Source: Acidobacteriaceae bacterium
GTDB lineage: Bacteria > Acidobacteriota > Terriglobia > Terriglobales > Acidobacteriaceae
Length of the DNA: 64,000 nt
Direction of reading: 5' to 3'
Assembly: GCA_003132325.1 (NCBI GenBank)
Contig: PKXK01000075.1
Span: forward strand, 23,763-87,762
Each line of letters begins with the position of its first letter. The first letter of the stretch is position 1. The translations under genes were made by a program, and so were the position numbers. Shown here one piece after another: positions 60,005 through 64,000 of this stretch. The notes under the pieces were generated by a model. The model searched no databases, was not told the origin of the DNA, and saw only the letters and a program-made list of their open reading frames with translations.

Positions 60005-60877
60005 TCAGATCGTGAACCCGTATTCGATGATGCCCATAGTTTCGTGGCCGTGGGCGTCCCTGAAGGTGCCGTAGGACTCGCCGACGTGACAGCGTCCGAA
60101 GAGGATGGGAGAGGTGAGGCGGAGCGTGCCGGAGAAATCGTGGGTGCCGCCCTCGTTGTCGAAGAGGCGGATGGTGAAGCGAGTGGGGTATTCGCGGCCG
60201 GGTGGAATCTCACAGGCGACATCGGCATCGCGCAGCGGGATGTTCCGTCCGTTGTGATGGAGAAAACCGTGGCGCGTCAGGCCGCTGGACTCTTCATTGA
60301 ACTGCTCGAGATGCAGATAGGAGCCGTTGCCAAACGGGGCCATGAAGGCCACCCATCCGCGGAAACCTTCCCAGTGACGAACTCCCCAGGAGTGATCGCG
60401 ATGGCCGAATCCATTGATGGCGACGGAGGCGCCCTGGAATCCGAACGCGCCCGTGACAATGCCGGATTGTTCGTAGTGTTCGGCGGCGAGAGAAGGCGGA
60501 AGCGGGGAGATGCAGTCTTTGTAATCAAAGACGGGGGTGCGAGCGCGCCAGGTGATGTCGAAGTGCAGAGCGACATCGTGGAATTGCAGGCGAAAATCCG
60601 ACATCGTGTTCAGCGTTTGGAAGTGGAGGCCACCGACCGAGATGTCGGTCCATTCGGAGGCGGGGAGATCCTGGTTGACGGCGAGGTCGTGGTAGACGAC
60701 GCGACCCCGGTAGGCGATGACGACCCAGCGGTTGCATTTGCCACGGTTGGGCTCGAGCCCAATGCGGCAGGAGACCCAGAAGTCGAGAGCGGGATCGTAG
60801 AACGAGAACCATTTGCTCTCGCTGAAGTTGGATTCGGGCGAGGGCAGGTGGCGAAGTTCGTCGCGGTCGGAGATCAT
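60005..60877 (-). CDS. Conserved hypothetical, unknown family B, copy 3
   Basis: ..FSESKWFSFYDP.., ..GFGHRDHSWGVRHWEGFRGW... Paralog of 34760-35686 and 56766-57701. Confidence 0.7.
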   Translation of the reverse strand: MISDRDELRHLPSPESNFSESKWFSFYDPALDFWVSCRIGLEPNRGKCNRWVVIAYRGRVVYHDLAVNQDLPASEWTDISVGGLHFQTLNTMSDFRLQFHDVALHFDITWRARTPVFDYKDCISPLPPSLAAEHYEQSGIVTGAFGFQGASVAINGFGHRDHSWGVRHWEGFRGWVAFMAPFGNGSYLHLEQFNEESSGLTRHGFLHHNGRNIPLRDADVACEIPPGREYPTRFTIRLFDNEGGTHDFSGTLRLTSPILFGRCHVGESYGTFRDAHGHETMGIIEYGFTI

Positions 60878-61000
60878 CGGATCCTTTCACCCTTAAACGG
60901 TTGAGTTTCGTGTTCCCATCCCCAGCTCACGCCGTGGGTCTTGTTCCTGGCCGCTATGCGGCGCAGGGTCGGCACGCGTAACAAATCCCCGGGAAGACCA

Positions 61001-63631
61001 TCAGGGATCGGAGAGGTGGATCGTACCGTGCGTGCCGTCGATGGTGATTCGGTCGCCTTCCCGGATGAGGCGAGTGGCGTTCTTGAGCGACGTGACGGCG
61101 GGAATGCCGTACTCGCGCGAGAGCACGGTGCCATGCGCCAGGATGCCGCCGGTTTCGAGGACGAGGCCGCGAATAATAAGAAAGACCGGCGTCCAGCCGG
61201 GGTCGGTGCTGTTGGTGACCAGAATGTCGCCGGGTTTTACGCGGCTCAGTTCTTTGATATCGCGCACGACGCGAGCCGTGCCGGTGGCCTGGCCGGAACT
61301 GGCCGCGACGCCGGTGAGCACATTGCCGGTGGCGGTTTGAGGAACGGCATCCGTTTCGAGATCGAATTCCCGATCGCCCTGCAAAAACATCGGGGGCGTG
61401 GTGCGGAGATATTTGCGGTATTCGGCGCGGCGCGGCGTGATGAGGCGCGCGGCAGCCGCGGCAGGAATCTTGCCGTTCATCACATCGAACACTTCTTCTT
61501 TGGAGAGGAACCAGATGTCGTCCGGATCGGCGAGACAGTTCCTCTCGACGAGATTGCGACCGATGGCGACAAAGGCTTTGCGCTGTCCGTAGAAGACGCG
61601 ATCAACCTCGAAGCGCTGGTTTTCACGGAAGAGTGAATAAATCTGCGCGTACTTCAACAGAAAGCGGAAGATGCGCTTTTTGAAGAAGCCCCACGAGGTG
61701 CGTGCGAGTTTTTGTTCGATTTCGCGGGTGAGGGCTTCCCGGCGGGCTTCATTTTTCTTGAGAGCAGCTTCAGGAGCAGCATCGTCGGGGACACCGACGA
61801 AGAGCTTGAGAACGTCGATTAGGAGAGCGGGATCGTCGCCCCAGCGCGGGAAGGAGATCTCACGATCTTCCGCGCCCCGGAAAGCGTATGTCTGGCGGAA
61901 GGCCTCGAGCTCGGCGGCAAACTCACGGCCAGAAGTGGTTTCATTGAGGCGGGTGGGGATTTCCGAAGAAAGGACGTTCGTAAAGATATCGCGCAGCTCA
62001 TCAGATGCGGCGATTTTACGCGCGAGGTGCCAGACTTTTTCGTTGAATTCAACGGTGTAGTTACTGGGCAGGCCGCTGAGCAGGACACTGGCGGAACTGG
62101 AATCGCCGAGCCACTTCTGCAGAACCGTGCCCAGGAAGGTGACGGCCGCAAAGGTGTGCACCATGACGCCGAAGCCGATGGGCTGGCAATGGTCTTTGAT
62201 GAGGCGATCCATGGCCCAGTAGTACTCGCTGAGTTCTGCGGGGGTAGCGCGGTCGAGATTCAACGTGTCGAGCTTGCGAACACGCGCGAGGAGTTCGGGC
62301 AGCCAGTCATCGTAGAACGTCTTGTAGCAGCGGGTGAGCGTGTACTTCTTGTAGTGCCGTGAGAGATAGAGTTCGCTCTTGATCTTGGCCCATAACAGGA
62401 ACGGCATGGATCGTGCTTCTTCTTTTTGCACGGGCGTGAAGAACTTGAGAGCGTCGTCGCCGCGAACAAACTTGGGAGCGTAGCGCAGGCATTCCATCAA
62501 GTAACGCGTGCTGAAGTAGCCGCGGTTCTTGTGGAAGCGCATCAGCTTGAGGGGAAGAAACTGATTCATGCCGGAGGCGCGATACATGAAGTCGTAGGTT
62601 TCCGTGATGAGGTCAGCCTGTACGGAGTAGAAAAGCGGGGTGATGGCGCGGGTGAGAACTTCGTCGCTCCAGGCGCGCGTCCATATGATTTCCCCTTCGT
62701 CGGTTTCGGCCGGTTTGTTCCAGCGTTCGAGACCGGCGACGTCGGGCCGAAGCTCATCGGCATGTTTTACGTTGCGGGATTGCAGGATGTATATCCGACC
62801 GCCTGCGAAGGCCCATTCAATATCCTGCGGGCGGCCATAGTGTTTCTCAATGTCGCGTGCGATTGAGGCAACTTGAAGAATGAGGTCGGCAGGGGTTTCC
62901 GAAGAGGAAGGGCGCTGCGCGAGAGAAAGCGTTTCTTTCGCAACGACAAAAGCATCTGGCGTGACCTTGCCGGAGACGAGCGCTTCGCCGAGGCCGGGGA
63001 TGGCTTCGATGACAAGCTCTTCGGCCATGCTGACGGGGTTGACCGTGAAGGCGACACCGGAAAACTCGGAGGGAATCATCTGCTGCACGAGGGCACAAAC
63101 ATGGACCGCGAAATGATCAATGCCCTTGTTCCAACGGTTGGCTGCGGCGCGCGCGGTCCAGACAGACGTCCAGCAGAGTTTGATGTATTCGAGGAGCTGG
63201 TCGAGGCCGCGGATGTTGTAGAAGGTGTCCATCATGCCGGGGAAGGAACTGACGCCAATATCGGGTACTGAAGAAGAAGAGCGGATCGCCACGAGCGAAT
63301 CGGCGCCGAGCCGGGCGTAAGCCTGGCCGATCTCCTCGACGAGAGCGGCGGGAATGGGAGATGCGTTCAGCAGGCTGCGGATTTTTTCGGTATCGGCAGC
63401 CACTTGCTCATGATTGTCGAAGTTCATCGCGGCGGCGATCTCGCGGATCTTCGGCTCGAGCCGGTTGCATTCGAGGAAACTGCAGTACGCGTCGGCAGTG
63501 ACGCCAAAACCGCGAGGGACGGGGAATCCCGCAGCGGAGAGTTCGCCGAGGTTCGCCCCCTTGCCGCCCATCAAGGCGACATCTTTTAACGAGCACTGCT
63601 CGAAGAAAAGGATGTTGGTGGTTGGGTTCAT
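61001..63631 (-). CDS. PEP-utilising-enzyme family protein: N-terminal PPDK_N ATP-grasp, long middle domain, C-terminal phosphohistidine swivel (rifampicin-phosphotransferase-like architecture, no TIM barrel)
   Basis: Start MNPTTNILFF (ATGA overlap with the upstream LLM gene). ..VALMGGKGANLGELSAAGFPVPRGF.. is the ATP-grasp. The C-terminus ..ILVTNSTDPGWTPVFLIIRGLVLETGGILAHGTVLSREYGIPAV.. is the mobile His domain. Confidence 0.85.
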   Translation of the reverse strand: MNPTTNILFFEQCSLKDVALMGGKGANLGELSAAGFPVPRGFGVTADAYCSFLECNRLEPKIREIAAAMNFDNHEQVAADTEKIRSLLNASPIPAALVEEIGQAYARLGADSLVAIRSSSSVPDIGVSSFPGMMDTFYNIRGLDQLLEYIKLCWTSVWTARAAANRWNKGIDHFAVHVCALVQQMIPSEFSGVAFTVNPVSMAEELVIEAIPGLGEALVSGKVTPDAFVVAKETLSLAQRPSSSETPADLILQVASIARDIEKHYGRPQDIEWAFAGGRIYILQSRNVKHADELRPDVAGLERWNKPAETDEGEIIWTRAWSDEVLTRAITPLFYSVQADLITETYDFMYRASGMNQFLPLKLMRFHKNRGYFSTRYLMECLRYAPKFVRGDDALKFFTPVQKEEARSMPFLLWAKIKSELYLSRHYKKYTLTRCYKTFYDDWLPELLARVRKLDTLNLDRATPAELSEYYWAMDRLIKDHCQPIGFGVMVHTFAAVTFLGTVLQKWLGDSSSASVLLSGLPSNYTVEFNEKVWHLARKIAASDELRDIFTNVLSSEIPTRLNETTSGREFAAELEAFRQTYAFRGAEDREISFPRWGDDPALLIDVLKLFVGVPDDAAPEAALKKNEARREALTREIEQKLARTSWGFFKKRIFRFLLKYAQIYSLFRENQRFEVDRVFYGQRKAFVAIGRNLVERNCLADPDDIWFLSKEEVFDVMNGKIPAAAAARLITPRRAEYRKYLRTTPPMFLQGDREFDLETDAVPQTATGNVLTGVAASSGQATGTARVVRDIKELSRVKPGDILVTNSTDPGWTPVFLIIRGLVLETGGILAHGTVLSREYGIPAVTSLKNATRLIREGDRITIDGTHGTIHLSDP

Positions 63632-64000
63632 GCGCGTCCGTGAAAGTACGGCAAGACTTTTTCTCCGAAAAGTTGCATGCACCGGCGAGTCTGCTCGCGC
63701 GCCGGGCCGTATGCAGAGCGGAAACGCATTACCACGTAGTCGGCATGATACTCGTCGCGGTAGTTCTGGAGCGAAGCGATACAGTCCTCAGGACTGCCGA
63801 GGACAAGATGCTTGCGCATGTTTTCGATGGTGACGTCCGAGCGCGATTTCAGTGTTGGATCCTGCTGGCTGAGCACGCCCGCGTCGAAGTAGTAAAGCCA
63901 CTCCGGCATATAAGCTTCCCCGCAGATACGGTCGGCTTCGGCCCGAGTTTCAGCAACAAAGCCATCGCGCATGAGGATGACCTTGGGATTTTCGACACCA
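63628..64000 (-). CDS. Luciferase-like (LLM) oxidoreductase, C-terminal part (gene continues beyond the window)
   Basis: The tail ..LVLGSPEDCIASLQNYRDEYHADYVVMRFRSAYGPAREQTRRCMQLFGEKVLPYF.. parallels the C-termini of 45507-46532 and 47989-49032. The frame is open to nt 64000. Confidence 0.8.
   Translation of the reverse strand, partial: GVENPKVILMRDGFVAETRAEADRICGEAYMPEWLYYFDAGVLSQQDPTLKSRSDVTIENMRKHLVLGSPEDCIASLQNYRDEYHADYVVMRFRSAYGPAREQTRRCMQLFGEKVLPYFHGRA

Noticed and set aside
1-64000. Mobile elements, CRISPR arrays, prophage or defence-system genes, rRNA/tRNA
   Set aside because: I looked for direct-repeat arrays, terminal inverted repeats, and transposase, integrase or Cas-like ORFs, and found none. 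The unusual content here is metabolic and regulatory, not mobile or defensive.

Overview
GC-rich bacterial chromosomal segment, probably Acidobacteriota (judged only from the CarboxypepD_reg-type TonB-dependent receptor at 51899-55144 and general protein flavour; not verifiable here). It is almost entirely coding, with about 57 CDS. I saw no rRNA, tRNA, CRISPR array, transposase, integrase or phage genes. The whole window is one large catabolic supercluster for CoA-thioester chemistry. It holds 5 family-I CoA-transferases, 2 AMP-forming ligases, 2 acyl-CoA dehydrogenases, 1 crotonase, 4 SDRs, canonical and non-canonical thiolases with DUF35 partners, EtfAB plus a membrane Fe-S (EtfD-like) oxidoreductase, and an OYE-type enoate/dienoyl-CoA reductase. 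It also holds 5 luciferase-like (LLM) oxidoreductases, an F420H2:NADP+ oxidoreductase fragment, a PPOX/FDOR-like protein, a TonB receptor and a cytochrome c. The main signals are these. (1) A 14-bp palindrome (consensus ACCAAACGTTTGGT) occurs nine times, once in front of nearly every transcription-unit head that lies inside the window, usually overlapping a near-consensus sigma70 promoter. The only regulator present is a TetR gene. (2) The operon 21193-35686 joins etfBA and an etfD-like gene to two tandem paralogs of an unrecognisable ~400-aa family. These are followed by an acetone-carboxylase-like HyuA/HyuB pair (HyuB carries a fused gamma-subunit-like Zn ribbon), an acyl-CoA ligase, a PEP-synthase homolog split into a free phosphohistidine swivel domain and a free PEP-binding TIM barrel, and a beta-rich unknown protein. 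Further copies of both unknown families, and an ATP-grasp+swivel (rifampicin-phosphotransferase-like) protein, occur at 56.7-63.6 kb. This is my best candidate for an undescribed system. (3) An AhpD/CMD-family gene has an in-frame TGA exactly where the second Cys of the CxxC motif should be, followed by a hairpin, making it a candidate selenoprotein (CxxU). (4) Two thiolase-fold proteins lack the Cys/His/Cys catalytic residues and sit next to two stand-alone DUF35 proteins. All functional calls come from reading motifs by eye; no database search was possible.
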